DNA of 64,000 nt, taken from positions 64,001-128,000 of IMG/VR virus record IMGVR_UViG_3300043427_003220; one strand, given 5' to 3'. The translations under genes and the position numbers were made by a program. The stretch comes from a virus (lineage: Duplodnaviria > Caudoviricetes). Position 1 is the stretch's first letter. Every line of letters starts with the position of its first letter. The notes under the pieces were generated by a model. That model was given only the letters and a program-made list of their open reading frames with translations, was not told the DNA's origin and did no database searches. Below, piece after piece: positions 9,151 to 18,423 of the stretch.

Positions 9151-10134
9151 ATGAAATATCGCAAATTAAAAATACTAAACATTAGTGAAGTGACTAAGGA
9201 CCTTGAATTACCTGTAAGTGATACAAATTTTTTGTTTCAAAACAATAAGTTAATCACCTACACCGTAGATTATGGCGAAGTAAAACAAAATCAAGAAGAT
9301 GATGCCAGCCGAGAATTGGAAGAGTTTCTAAAAGAACAAGAAAAGAAAAAAAGAGAAAGTATTTATGATTTTGAACAAAAATTTCAACTCAGGGCAGGGG
9401 TTTGGTTTTTTGACCAGCAGGAAGGCTTAAAGGAAATTCCAGAGAGTAAAGAAAAATTTTACGAAACTGAAACAAGCGTTAAATTAAAAAAAATGTTTAT
9501 AAATTTTTTTGAAAAAAGTAATTTGGTTTCCGATAAATTTAACAAAAAAAAGAGAGCATATCTTCTTCACTCAGAACCTGGAATGGGCAAATCAGCCATG
9601 ATTCGTCATTTTTATAGAGGTATTTTGAAGCAAGAGGGGGTTTGCGTTTTACAAGTCAATGGAGATGTTGATTTTCAACAACTTATTAATATTTTTTTAG
9701 CAAATTACAAAGAAGATGTAAAAAAAATTGTTTTAGTTATTGAAGATTTTGGTAAACGCGATTACGGAAATAATATGTCTATTTGGAACCCAAGTTGTTT
9801 AAACTTTCTTGACGGTATGCAAGGATTGTTTCGTGTGCCTACTTTGATTATTTGTACAACAAATTTTCTTGAGCATCTTGGTGCGCAGCTCACAAATAGA
9901 CCTGGAAGGTTTAATAAAATCATCAAAGTTTTACCGCCAAACGACGAAGAAGTTTTTGATTTAGTTAAAGCAATTAACGGAATAGAATTAACGGATTCAC
10001 AAAAAGAAGCTTTTCGCGGAAAACAAATGACCCCTGATCATGTAATTGAGGCAATTTTAAGGCACGAAATCGAAGAAATACCGATTGACGAGGCCGCTTA
10101 TGAAGTTATGAAAGAACGCGAAGGGTTAAGGTAA
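9151..10134 (+). CDS. AAA+ ATPase (BCS1-like Walker B), paralog of 57865..58866
   Basis: KRAYLLHSEPGMGKS, LVIEDF, LNFLDG, TTN, RPGRF. Confidence 0.88.
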   Translation: MKYRKLKILNISEVTKDLELPVSDTNFLFQNNKLITYTVDYGEVKQNQEDDASRELEEFLKEQEKKKRESIYDFEQKFQLRAGVWFFDQQEGLKEIPESKEKFYETETSVKLKKMFINFFEKSNLVSDKFNKKKRAYLLHSEPGMGKSAMIRHFYRGILKQEGVCVLQVNGDVDFQQLINIFLANYKEDVKKIVLVIEDFGKRDYGNNMSIWNPSCLNFLDGMQGLFRVPTLIICTTNFLEHLGAQLTNRPGRFNKIIKVLPPNDEEVFDLVKAINGIELTDSQKEAFRGKQMTPDHVIEAILRHEIEEIPIDEAAYEVMKEREGLR

Positions 10135-10170
10135 AAATCTAAAAAATCAATACTTGCAGAGATTTTTATT

Positions 10171-11523
10171 ATGGCAATAAAAATAGTATATCAGGGCCCA
10201 AATGGTGCAATCGCCTTAGATGAGCAGCAAAATACGACTGTTTCAAGTAATTATACTGTTCAACCATCGGATTATATTATTACAGCAACGGGCGCTGGTA
10301 GCTTTGCTATCACGCTGCCTCCCGCAGGTCCGTCCAACGGAAAAAATATATTAATTAAATGTTTAACAACAGCTTCAATTACGGTTAGCGCACAAGTGGG
10401 CGAATTTATTGATTCTTCTCCGTCTAGAGTTTTAACTAACGGAGAAGTTCTTGATATTATTAGCGATGGCACTAAATGGGTTGACACCATAGGAACGTCT
10501 ATTTCTGGTTCAAAAATTATAGATGGAACAGTTACAGATACAAAATTATCATCAAACGCCGTAACAGAAGCTAAGATAGCGAGCAATGCCGTCACAGAAG
10601 CTAAGATAGCAAATAATGCAGTAACCGCCGCAAAAATTGCAACTGGTGCAGTTGGAAATGATGAAATAAATACCTCTTCCAGTCCTACAGTAAATACAAT
10701 TTATACAAACAATTGGTTTAGAAGCAATGGGGCAACTGGTTGGTACAACCAAACTCATGGCGGCGGTATTTTTATGGAGGATTCCTCTTACATTAAAGTT
10801 TATAATAGCAAGGCTTTTATGCCTTCTGCCGGCAGCGGAAACAACGGAATTGTTTGGCCGTCAAACCCCGGCGGCGGCAGTGGAGATTCGGCCTCTATTA
10901 AATATTATCCAATCAGCGGAGAAAGCTGTCGTCTAGTTTTACAAATTGCAAATGATTCCGATGATGATATAGAACTAAAAACCTCGACTGCTAGCTTACG
11001 AGTTAGCTCTGGCTTATCTTTTATAGGTCAATCGTATGCCTATATGCGAGCTGATTCCGGCGGTCAGTTTACTGCAATAATAGCATCTCCGGGTGGTAAT
11101 TTTCAATCTTCTTGGCCATCTGGATGGGGCGGTGGTTTGGCTACTTGGGATATTATCTGTGCTTCTATTCAGGGCAATATTGTTAATACATCGGACGCTC
11201 GAATTAAAGAAAATGTAAACTCAATTGACAGTGGTCTTGATTTTGTTTTAAAACTAAAACCTGTATCGTTTTATTGGTCTAAAGATTATAATACTTCTCT
11301 TAAAAATCAGCAGTTTGGATTTATTGCGCAAGATATTGAAAAAATTATGCCAGAATTAGTTATTGCGGGCAGTTATGATCATTTTAATCAAACCGAAGGT
11401 GTACGAAGTCTTAATTATATTGGAATAATCCCCTTTTTGACAAAAGCTATCCAAGAACAACAGGAACAAATTCAATCACTTGAAGAACGGATTAAAAAAC
11501 TAGAAGAGTTGATAAAATCTTAA
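10171..11523 (+). CDS. Tail fibre with C-terminal peptidase S74 intramolecular chaperone
   Basis: 10-aa repeats NAVTEAKIAS; WFRSxGxTGWYNQTHGGG fibre motif; SDARIKENV..LKPVSFYW..GFIAQD..coiled coil. Confidence 0.88.
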   Translation: MAIKIVYQGPNGAIALDEQQNTTVSSNYTVQPSDYIITATGAGSFAITLPPAGPSNGKNILIKCLTTASITVSAQVGEFIDSSPSRVLTNGEVLDIISDGTKWVDTIGTSISGSKIIDGTVTDTKLSSNAVTEAKIASNAVTEAKIANNAVTAAKIATGAVGNDEINTSSSPTVNTIYTNNWFRSNGATGWYNQTHGGGIFMEDSSYIKVYNSKAFMPSAGSGNNGIVWPSNPGGGSGDSASIKYYPISGESCRLVLQIANDSDDDIELKTSTASLRVSSGLSFIGQSYAYMRADSGGQFTAIIASPGGNFQSSWPSGWGGGLATWDIICASIQGNIVNTSDARIKENVNSIDSGLDFVLKLKPVSFYWSKDYNTSLKNQQFGFIAQDIEKIMPELVIAGSYDHFNQTEGVRSLNYIGIIPFLTKAIQEQQEQIQSLEERIKKLEELIKS

Positions 11524-11547
11524 TATTGTTAATAAAAGGAAATAATC

Positions 11548-11970
11548 ATGGCTAGTTCAGCAATTGCAGGATTAACTTTAACCGACCTCCAAACACGCTA
11601 TCAAGATGGGTCGCTTAAATTAGATTATGGTGTTTTTAGCCCCACCGTGGATGTAAGTAGTAATACCGTTAATGCCGCTTTAGGGGCAAATTTTAAAGCT
11701 TTGGGGTCGGGAAACAGAACTCTTTCTGTACATAACATGAAAGACGGACAATCTGTCTCTATATTAGTACAGGGCGCCGTAAATAATACAATCACTATTG
11801 CCGCGTATTCTGATGCTGGCTCAACTGCATTGTCTGTGAAATTTGCTGCGGGCCAAGACGGCATAATGGCATCTGCGTGGTCTTTGTTCACCGTAATGAG
11901 AATTGGCGGCACTAGCGGCGCGGGCGCTAACTTTGCAATCGTTGGCGTAATGCACGGAATACCTGCATAA
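11548..11970 (+). CDS. Small beta-rich virion protein, paralog of 2..349
   Basis: Aligns with first ORF; likewise directly precedes a Gly-rich gene. Confidence 0.8.
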   Translation: MASSAIAGLTLTDLQTRYQDGSLKLDYGVFSPTVDVSSNTVNAALGANFKALGSGNRTLSVHNMKDGQSVSILVQGAVNNTITIAAYSDAGSTALSVKFAAGQDGIMASAWSLFTVMRIGGTSGAGANFAIVGVMHGIPA

Positions 11971-11981
11971 AAGGAGACAAC

Positions 11982-13247
11982 GTGATTTTTAACGCTCCAA
12001 TGAAATTAACCCCTCAAAGGGTTGTAGAAGTGGAAGAAAGATTTTCAACTTCTACAACAAAAACAATGACCTCTGCTTATGTTCCTCAAAGTATCAAAGT
12101 TTGGGGAATTGGAGGAGGAGCCGGTGGAGAAAAGGGCGCAACGGGAGCGCAGTGTGCAGGTGTTAATATAGGAAACGCCGGAGTTGGATATGCCGGAACA
12201 AATGGCGGAGATGGCGGAAGTGCAATTGGCGGTCAGGGAGGAGCGGGCTATCAAGGTGGAACGGGTGGTAGCTCAGGAAGAAAAGGAAATAAAGGGTCAG
12301 GAAATTTAAATTCTTATAGCAGTGAAACAAATTTCGACTCTCATTCTGCGTATATTGGAAATACTTTACTAACAGTAACGATCGGTAATGCAGGAACTGG
12401 CGAAGTCATCTCACCCGCCTCAGCGGCAACAAATGGCGGCAATACCACTATTAATATAGGTGGAAATGTTGTTTCAACGTATTTGGGCGGTTCTGGCTTG
12501 CTTGCTGGGGTTGTTGCAGGAAGTGCGGGCAACAGCGGAACAGCTTCATCCGCAACTTGGACAAATAAAAATAAGTCTAATTCAGGAAAAACTGGAGCCA
12601 GTCAGGCTTGGGGCGGCCCTGGAGGGCAGGGAGGACAGGGAGGCAACGGCGGAGCTTCCTCGGTAAACAGCGGCGTATCTATAACGGGATTGTTTGCAAA
12701 TACTTATGGCTCTGGAGGAGCCGGAGGAACAGGCGGCAAGGGAGGAACGGGAGCCGAAGGTGGAGGAGGAGGTTTTGCCGAGGGAGGAGGCGGAGGAGGA
12801 GGAATTTCTCCCCTTTCAAGCGGCGGTAGTGGCTATTGCGGCGGAGGCGGAGGAGGCGGAGGCGCTAATCCTCTAACTAGCGGAGCTGCCGGCGGAAGTT
12901 CCTCAAATGGATATTTTGGCAACTTTGCTGGCAGTGGAATTGACTTTGGTTTTGGAATGACTATTGGCGGCGGCGGTGGCGGCGGCGGTGGAAGAAGCGG
13001 AAATGGCTTTGTTGGAGGAAACGGCGCTGATGGTGGCTTGGGGGGAGCAGGCGGAGCGGGAGGAGGAGGAAAAGGAGGCAATGGCGGTGTGGCAGGCGTT
13101 GGAAGCGGTCCCCCCACTGTTGGCGCAGGCGGAGCTGGCTATAGCGGTTCCGGCGGAACCCCATCTAAACCCGCCGGTGCAGTAGGTACCAATGGCAGTA
13201 ATGGAACGAGTGGATTTGTAATTATTAAATATAAAATATTTAAATAA
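11982..13247 (+). CDS. Glycine-rich putative adhesin, paralog of 351..1745
   Basis: SD AAGGAG + GTG; same terminal motifs, divergent Gly-rich core. Confidence 0.8.
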   Translation: MIFNAPMKLTPQRVVEVEERFSTSTTKTMTSAYVPQSIKVWGIGGGAGGEKGATGAQCAGVNIGNAGVGYAGTNGGDGGSAIGGQGGAGYQGGTGGSSGRKGNKGSGNLNSYSSETNFDSHSAYIGNTLLTVTIGNAGTGEVISPASAATNGGNTTINIGGNVVSTYLGGSGLLAGVVAGSAGNSGTASSATWTNKNKSNSGKTGASQAWGGPGGQGGQGGNGGASSVNSGVSITGLFANTYGSGGAGGTGGKGGTGAEGGGGGFAEGGGGGGGISPLSSGGSGYCGGGGGGGGANPLTSGAAGGSSSNGYFGNFAGSGIDFGFGMTIGGGGGGGGGRSGNGFVGGNGADGGLGGAGGAGGGGKGGNGGVAGVGSGPPTVGAGGAGYSGSGGTPSKPAGAVGTNGSNGTSGFVIIKYKIFK

Positions 13248-13259
13248 GGAGAAAAAACA

Positions 13260-13805
13260 ATGGCTTTTAAGGGATACATTTCGTCAAATACGTATACTAG
13301 CATCGAAAACATAATTTATGAAAAACCTACAAAAAGATGCACCGCAGCATTGTCCGTGTATCAGGACGAGTCCAAAGAAATACGCTTAGGCAATACTTCA
13401 ATTACGATTGAAGGGCATTTCTTAGTACCATCTCTTGTCTCCTTAAAACCTGTCAAAACTGTTCCAAGCGATATTGAACAAGGGGTGTTTTTTCTCATTG
13501 CTCAGGATGCTGAAGACAACTTGAAAGGATTAGACGGCAGAATTGCCAGAATCGGCCTATCAGGAGATGTTGAGTCCTATATACCTGAAAATGAAAGATT
13601 TTTACTATACGTTGAAGACGAGCAAAAATATTACAGCTACAAAAATAATAAATGGATTGAAACTACAGAAGTGTTGTCTGATAAAAGAATTTGGGATAAA
13701 TGGTTTGCTCCAGAAGTTGCCCTATTAAATGGCAACAATACTACAAAACAAATGTACGGGTTTATGAAAACATTGCCACAATTTAAAAATTGCGTAGACG
13801 CTTAA
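13260..13805 (+). CDS. DUF2793-like fibre-associated protein, copy 1
   Basis: MAFKxY..NTYT..; FLIA..AE..DGRIA..YVEDExKYY..W..QFKNCVDA. Confidence 0.65.
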   Translation: MAFKGYISSNTYTSIENIIYEKPTKRCTAALSVYQDESKEIRLGNTSITIEGHFLVPSLVSLKPVKTVPSDIEQGVFFLIAQDAEDNLKGLDGRIARIGLSGDVESYIPENERFLLYVEDEQKYYSYKNNKWIETTEVLSDKRIWDKWFAPEVALLNGNNTTKQMYGFMKTLPQFKNCVDA

Positions 13806-13822
13806 AAATAATTGTAGATTTT

Positions 13823-13858
13823 GCCTCCATTTCTTGATATGAAGGGATTGGAGGCTTT
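13823..13858 (+). terminator. Hairpin that could terminate transcription and occludes the SD of the 13859 ORF
   Basis: GCCTCCA...TGGAGGC stem extended by TTTCTT/AAGGGA pairing, followed by TTT. Confidence 0.5.
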
Positions 13859-14020
13859 ATGCTTAAGTATCAGTTTACTGTAAGAAAGAGCCCCACAGTA
13901 GGGGCAGGAGGCCCTTCCGGCGGCGCATCGGCCTCTGGTGGAGCGGCTGGACAATCTGGAACGGCTGGACAATCTGGCAAAAATGGAATAATGATTATTA
14001 GATATAAAATATTTAAATAA
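13859..14020 (+). pseudogene. 53-aa chimeric ORF: first 11 codons resemble the 16941 peptidase gene, the rest is an orphan Gly-rich-protein C-terminus
   Basis: MLKYQFTVRKS-PTVGAGGPSGGASASGGAAGQSGTAGQSGKNGIMIIRYKIFK*. Confidence 0.8.
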
Positions 14021-14033
14021 GGAAAAAGTAACT

Positions 14034-14582
14034 ATGGCTTTTAAAAACTATTTAGCACCTAATACGTACACAAACATAAGCAATCTCATTTACGAGAAAC
14101 AACTTAAACGTTGTACTGCAATGTTGGAGATTTGGGCAGACGATACTAAAAAAATTCTTTTAGCTAACAAGGGATTAACCGTTGATGGGGCTATTAGGCA
14201 TCCCGCAGTTCCCAGCCTTGTAGATAAGGAAAACGCCCCGCCTGCTGATACGCAACCGGACAAGTATTATATTATTGCCGATAAGGCGGAAGGTGATTTT
14301 GAAGGATACGAAGGCCAACTTACTAAATACAACCCTATTACTAAAGTTTGGGATAAATGGGTTTTGTGGCACAGTTTAATTGTTTTTGTTGAAGATGAAA
14401 AAAAATATTATCAATTTTTTAATGGAAGCTGGTCAGAACTGCCAGATATGTCAAATGATGCTCGATTGTGGGACACATGGCTTGCACCGGAAGTTGCCCT
14501 ATCAAATGGCAACAACCCTATGCAGCAAATGTATAAGCTAATGAAAACATTGCCACAATTTAAAAATTGCGAAGACGCTTAA
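14034..14582 (+). CDS. DUF2793-like fibre-associated protein, copy 2
   Basis: PP..PDKYYIIA..AEGDFEGYEGQL..W..VFVEDEKKYYQF..W. Confidence 0.7.
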   Translation: MAFKNYLAPNTYTNISNLIYEKQLKRCTAMLEIWADDTKKILLANKGLTVDGAIRHPAVPSLVDKENAPPADTQPDKYYIIADKAEGDFEGYEGQLTKYNPITKVWDKWVLWHSLIVFVEDEKKYYQFFNGSWSELPDMSNDARLWDTWLAPEVALSNGNNPMQQMYKLMKTLPQFKNCEDA

Positions 14583-14701
14583 AAATAATTATGGTTTTTA
14601 TTTAAAACTTAGTTAAAATAAAGAAAGACAAAATAGACAATTTAAAAAATGGTACAATATAATTGTCGAGTGTAAACTATTTAAATAAGGAAAATCGAAT
14701 C

Positions 14702-15292
14702 ATGGCTCTAAAAAATTTCCTATCTCCTAATACTTACACAAATATAAGTAATATATACTATGAAAAAAATGAAAAAAGTTGCATGGCGATGTTAGAAATT
14801 TGGCAGGACGAAACTAAAAAAACTCTTTTGGCCAAAAAAGAGGTAAGAATTAGCGGAATTGACCGTGTTCTTTCTGTCAGTAGCCTTGTAAATAAAGAAA
14901 AATCTCCTCCCGCAATTCAAAGCACTGCGATTAGTTATATTGATGGTTATACAAAAATAGAAACACCTATGGGTTATATTATTGCCGACGAAGCAGAGGG
15001 CGATTTTAAAGAACATGAAGGCAAATTAGCTAGATTCAATCCCATGACCCAAGCTTGGGACAAGTTTAAACTGTGGAACAACGCGGTTTTTTATGTTGAA
15101 GATGAAAAAAAATACTATGAATTTTTTTCATTTAAAAATGAGTGGGTAGAAGTAGAAGTAACCAACGATTTTCGTTTGTGGAATGCATGGTTTAGTCCAG
15201 AACTTGCTTTATCAAATGGCAGTAACCCTATGCAACAGATGTATAAGTTTCTTAAAACACAGCCGCAATTTAAAGATTGCGTAGACGCTTAA
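14702..15292 (+). CDS. DUF2793-like fibre-associated protein, copy 3
   Basis: Start moved to MALKNFLSPNTYT by paralog alignment. Confidence 0.7.
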   Translation: MALKNFLSPNTYTNISNIYYEKNEKSCMAMLEIWQDETKKTLLAKKEVRISGIDRVLSVSSLVNKEKSPPAIQSTAISYIDGYTKIETPMGYIIADEAEGDFKEHEGKLARFNPMTQAWDKFKLWNNAVFYVEDEKKYYEFFSFKNEWVEVEVTNDFRLWNAWFSPELALSNGSNPMQQMYKFLKTQPQFKDCVDA

Positions 15293-15328
15293 GATATTAT
15301 TTTTATTTAAAAATAAAAGGAACACACA

Positions 15329-16372
15329 ATGTCTTACATCGGTAATAGACCCTCGTTTAGTCGAGTGCGTACATCTGAATTAGTTGTACAGCGTGGGGCC
15401 GACATTACTACAGCGGGAACCATTTCGGCTCTTGATGTTAGTAACATAAGTCTTGTTCGTCTTACAGCAGCCACAGTTCTTCAAGGAATTGCTGCTCCCG
15501 CTTCTTTGATTAGCAACGGTAAAAAAGTTACCCTTGTTAACGCCAATTCTGTTAGCTTAACGGTTTCTAATGAGTCAGGCTCTGCAACCGCAGCCAACCG
15601 TATTTCCACGGGTACTAGTCGTGACCTTGTTATTACCGCCGGTGCGTCTGTAACTCTTTTTTATAACACAGCTTCTTCGCGTTGGTCCGTTGAATCTTCT
15701 TCGGGCGAAGTTAATATTGATCGCCTTCGAGTTTCTACAGAATCTATTGTATTAAATTCGCAAGACTTGACTCCCTCGGTTTTACCTAAATCTGGATTAA
15801 TTGAGCTAACCGCCGGTTCAGAGACGTCTATCCGCTCTATTGCCACGGGCGTTAATGGGCAATTTCTAGCAATTGTAAACAAAACTGGCTCCTTGTTGCA
15901 AATTGTTAATGAAGACTTAACGGCAACCGACGCCAATCGTCTTGTTACGGGCACCGGCAGTTCAATATCATTGACCAATAATGCTGCGTTGTTTTTAACG
16001 TATCTAAGCTCTGTTTCTAAATGGCAAATTGTTGGTGGAACAGGAAGCGGCGGTGAGCCGCCTACAGAAATGAGTTTACCAAACAACACTACTAGAACTG
16101 TAAAAGATGTTTCAAGTTACGAAACCGGCGAACTAAGTGGGATGGTTTTTATCGCAAATACAACTTCTGCAAATAGTAAAAGATTCCACTTTAAGGCCCA
16201 ATTTGCTAAAAATGGAGCAAATACTGACTATAATATAGGTTTTCAAACCACAGGAGATACTCCTCCCGATGGTTTTAATATAGGAATTACGTCGGCGGGG
16301 CTTATTCAGATTACGCTGCCTAACATTTCAGGTTTTAGTGCAGCCACCGCTAAATTTACGCTGGGAGAGTAA
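15329..16372 (+). CDS. Fibre/baseplate protein, shorter paralog of 5871..8258
   Basis: Shares PSF..VRT.E.VV..G.DIT.AGTI.ALDVS.IS.VRLTAAT.LQGI, ANRIxTG repeats and YExGExxG..F.AQFAK domain. Confidence 0.78.
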   Translation: MSYIGNRPSFSRVRTSELVVQRGADITTAGTISALDVSNISLVRLTAATVLQGIAAPASLISNGKKVTLVNANSVSLTVSNESGSATAANRISTGTSRDLVITAGASVTLFYNTASSRWSVESSSGEVNIDRLRVSTESIVLNSQDLTPSVLPKSGLIELTAGSETSIRSIATGVNGQFLAIVNKTGSLLQIVNEDLTATDANRLVTGTGSSISLTNNAALFLTYLSSVSKWQIVGGTGSGGEPPTEMSLPNNTTRTVKDVSSYETGELSGMVFIANTTSANSKRFHFKAQFAKNGANTDYNIGFQTTGDTPPDGFNIGITSAGLIQITLPNISGFSAATAKFTLGE

Positions 16373-16436
16373 AATTTATCCGTGTTAAAATCACTACAGT
16401 ATCAATAATTCTCGCTGGAAAATGAAAGGGGACATA

Positions 16437-16862
16437 ATGGCGGCAAACTTCTTTAAAGTAAAAAATGGTCTAACTCTTCCTAATTATTCTGATCTATCCA
16501 CACTGCAGGGTATTTCTGGTCCACAAGCAGGCGATGTGGCATCCGTAGGCGGCAAAATTTACGCATACGACGGCACTTCGTGGTCTATTCTCGGCGCTCT
16601 TAGCGTCCCAGTTAACACTGTTACAACTTCTTATACTGCAACTGCTCAAGACTATTTAATTATTTGTGGCGGTTCAGCATCTTATACGGTTACTTTGCCC
16701 TCGTCCGCCGCTGGCCGTGTACTGATGGTAAAAAATAACCAATCGAACGATATCACCGTTGCTCCTGCATCTGGAACGGTTAACGGCGAAAGCGGTGTAA
16801 CAGTCGAACCACTGCAATCGGTTCAGGTTGTTTTTGATGGAAGCAATTGGCATTTAGTGTAA
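16437..16862 (+). CDS. Small virion structural protein
   Basis: C-terminal YT..DY.I..TVTLP..K..DGSNW module also present in the 5871 and 10171 proteins. Confidence 0.72.
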   Translation: MAANFFKVKNGLTLPNYSDLSTLQGISGPQAGDVASVGGKIYAYDGTSWSILGALSVPVNTVTTSYTATAQDYLIICGGSASYTVTLPSSAAGRVLMVKNNQSNDITVAPASGTVNGESGVTVEPLQSVQVVFDGSNWHLV

Positions 16863-16940
16863 TAATAAAAATTATTGATTGTAATTATAAAAAAATTATG
16901 TATTTATTTTAAATAACTGTTATTGCACTTAGGAATTTTT

Positions 16941-17471
16941 ATGCTTAAGAAGCATTTTACTATTAGGAAAAGTTTTATGGTATTCATGAGTTATTTTTTA
17001 TTTGGCACGCTAGTGTCTTGGTGGTCAATTGATAGGGTCTATTACAAAGGCCCTAAATTTCAAGCCCCCGAAACTTCGGAAGCAGTTCTGCTTTTTAGAA
17101 AAAAGTGTCAAAAATTTAAACTAGACAATATTTGTGCGCAAAGATTTCAAAACTTAGTCAGAATTGATGTAACAAACGGCATTTGGTATCAAACAAGCCT
17201 CAATCCCGATATTACAGCCATTGGGCTAACCGAATTTTCTGTATTTTCGCCATTAACAAAAATTTCTATTGACAGACGACTTCTTGTTGATAAAGTCTTG
17301 TTTGACACCACTGTCATCCACGAGTTGGGGCACGCTATTTTTTATCTGGACCATAACGATGAAAAATTAGCAATTATGAATAGTTTTATTAGTGACGAGC
17401 AATTAGTTGGCTATCGTTATGAGACTTTAGTCGATGAAATGTTTAAGGACTTTGCAGACTCTTTGAAATAA
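16941..17471 (+). CDS. Membrane-anchored metzincin (matrixin-like) metallopeptidase
   Basis: N-terminal TM; HELGHAIFYLDH and Met-turn AIMN. Confidence 0.8.
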   Translation: MLKKHFTIRKSFMVFMSYFLFGTLVSWWSIDRVYYKGPKFQAPETSEAVLLFRKKCQKFKLDNICAQRFQNLVRIDVTNGIWYQTSLNPDITAIGLTEFSVFSPLTKISIDRRLLVDKVLFDTTVIHELGHAIFYLDHNDEKLAIMNSFISDEQLVGYRYETLVDEMFKDFADSLK

Positions 17472-17494
17472 GTTATTCGTTAGGGGGAGTTAAG

Positions 17495-18379
17495 ATGGCT
17501 GATAATGACGTTCTAACAGAAGAGTCTATACTTCAGTTAGTAAATCAACTAATAAGCATTGAGGCAGCGGCGCGTGAATCCGCAGACAGTCAAGAAATAA
17601 TTGACAGACAAATTGCCGACGAATCTTTGAGCCAACTGATTAGTCAGGAAATTGACAATAGGCAAAAAGCCATCAGTGCTTTGCAAACCGCTGCCAACCA
17701 GTCCATTACTCGTATTGATGGTAATGTAACTCAATTACAACAATTGTTTAATCAGCGTTATGATTCAATAACGACTCTTATATCCAACCTTAATGCGTCA
17801 TTCGATGAAAAAGTAGCGCTTTTTGATAGTTTGAGGCAAATTATTTTTGCCAATCAATCTAATATCGCTACTCTTCAAGGAGATGAGAATACAGTCGGCT
17901 CAGTAGCCAAAGCTCTTTTTGATGCCAAAGCGTACACAGACGCTAAGGTGTCTCAACTCCTAGATGGCGCTCCCGCTATCTTAGACACTCTTAAAGAGTT
18001 GGCTACTTCTATCGGCAATGACGGAAACTTTATTCAAACTATTAATGATTCTATTCAGGATGCAAAAAATACTGCTGCAGCCAATAAGCAAGAAATGCTG
18101 TCTCTTTTGTCTCATTCTCTTATTAAAAAACAGAGAATAATTCTTAACTCACAGCACATTGCCCAAGGATATGTCGAACTCCCTCATATTAACATCGTAC
18201 CCGACTCTCTAGATGGCCATATTGATAGACTTGGACTTTTTGAAGATGAAGATTTTGAGCTGTCTGAGGTTGACGGTAAGACTCGATTAATGTTCATAAA
18301 TAATTTTGCTATAGGAGGAGAAGAAGAAATCGAAGTTGGTGCCGAATTAAGGGTTAAATATTGGATTGTTCCTGAATGA
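17495..18379 (+). CDS. Coiled-coil fibre protein (short family member)
   Basis: GSVAKA..DAKAYTD, APAILDTLKELA fibre motif, shared C-terminal DRL..E.EDF domain. Confidence 0.75.
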   Translation: MADNDVLTEESILQLVNQLISIEAAARESADSQEIIDRQIADESLSQLISQEIDNRQKAISALQTAANQSITRIDGNVTQLQQLFNQRYDSITTLISNLNASFDEKVALFDSLRQIIFANQSNIATLQGDENTVGSVAKALFDAKAYTDAKVSQLLDGAPAILDTLKELATSIGNDGNFIQTINDSIQDAKNTAAANKQEMLSLLSHSLIKKQRIILNSQHIAQGYVELPHINIVPDSLDGHIDRLGLFEDEDFELSEVDGKTRLMFINNFAIGGEEEIEVGAELRVKYWIVPE

Positions 18380-18423
18380 TTTGATAGATAAGAAATAGGC
18401 TGTTTAAACATAGGAGAGATAAC

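Noticed and set aside
351-13247. PE_PGRS or collagen assignment for the Gly-rich proteins
   Set aside because: No PE domain and no Gly-X-Y Pro-rich periodicity; similarity is compositional
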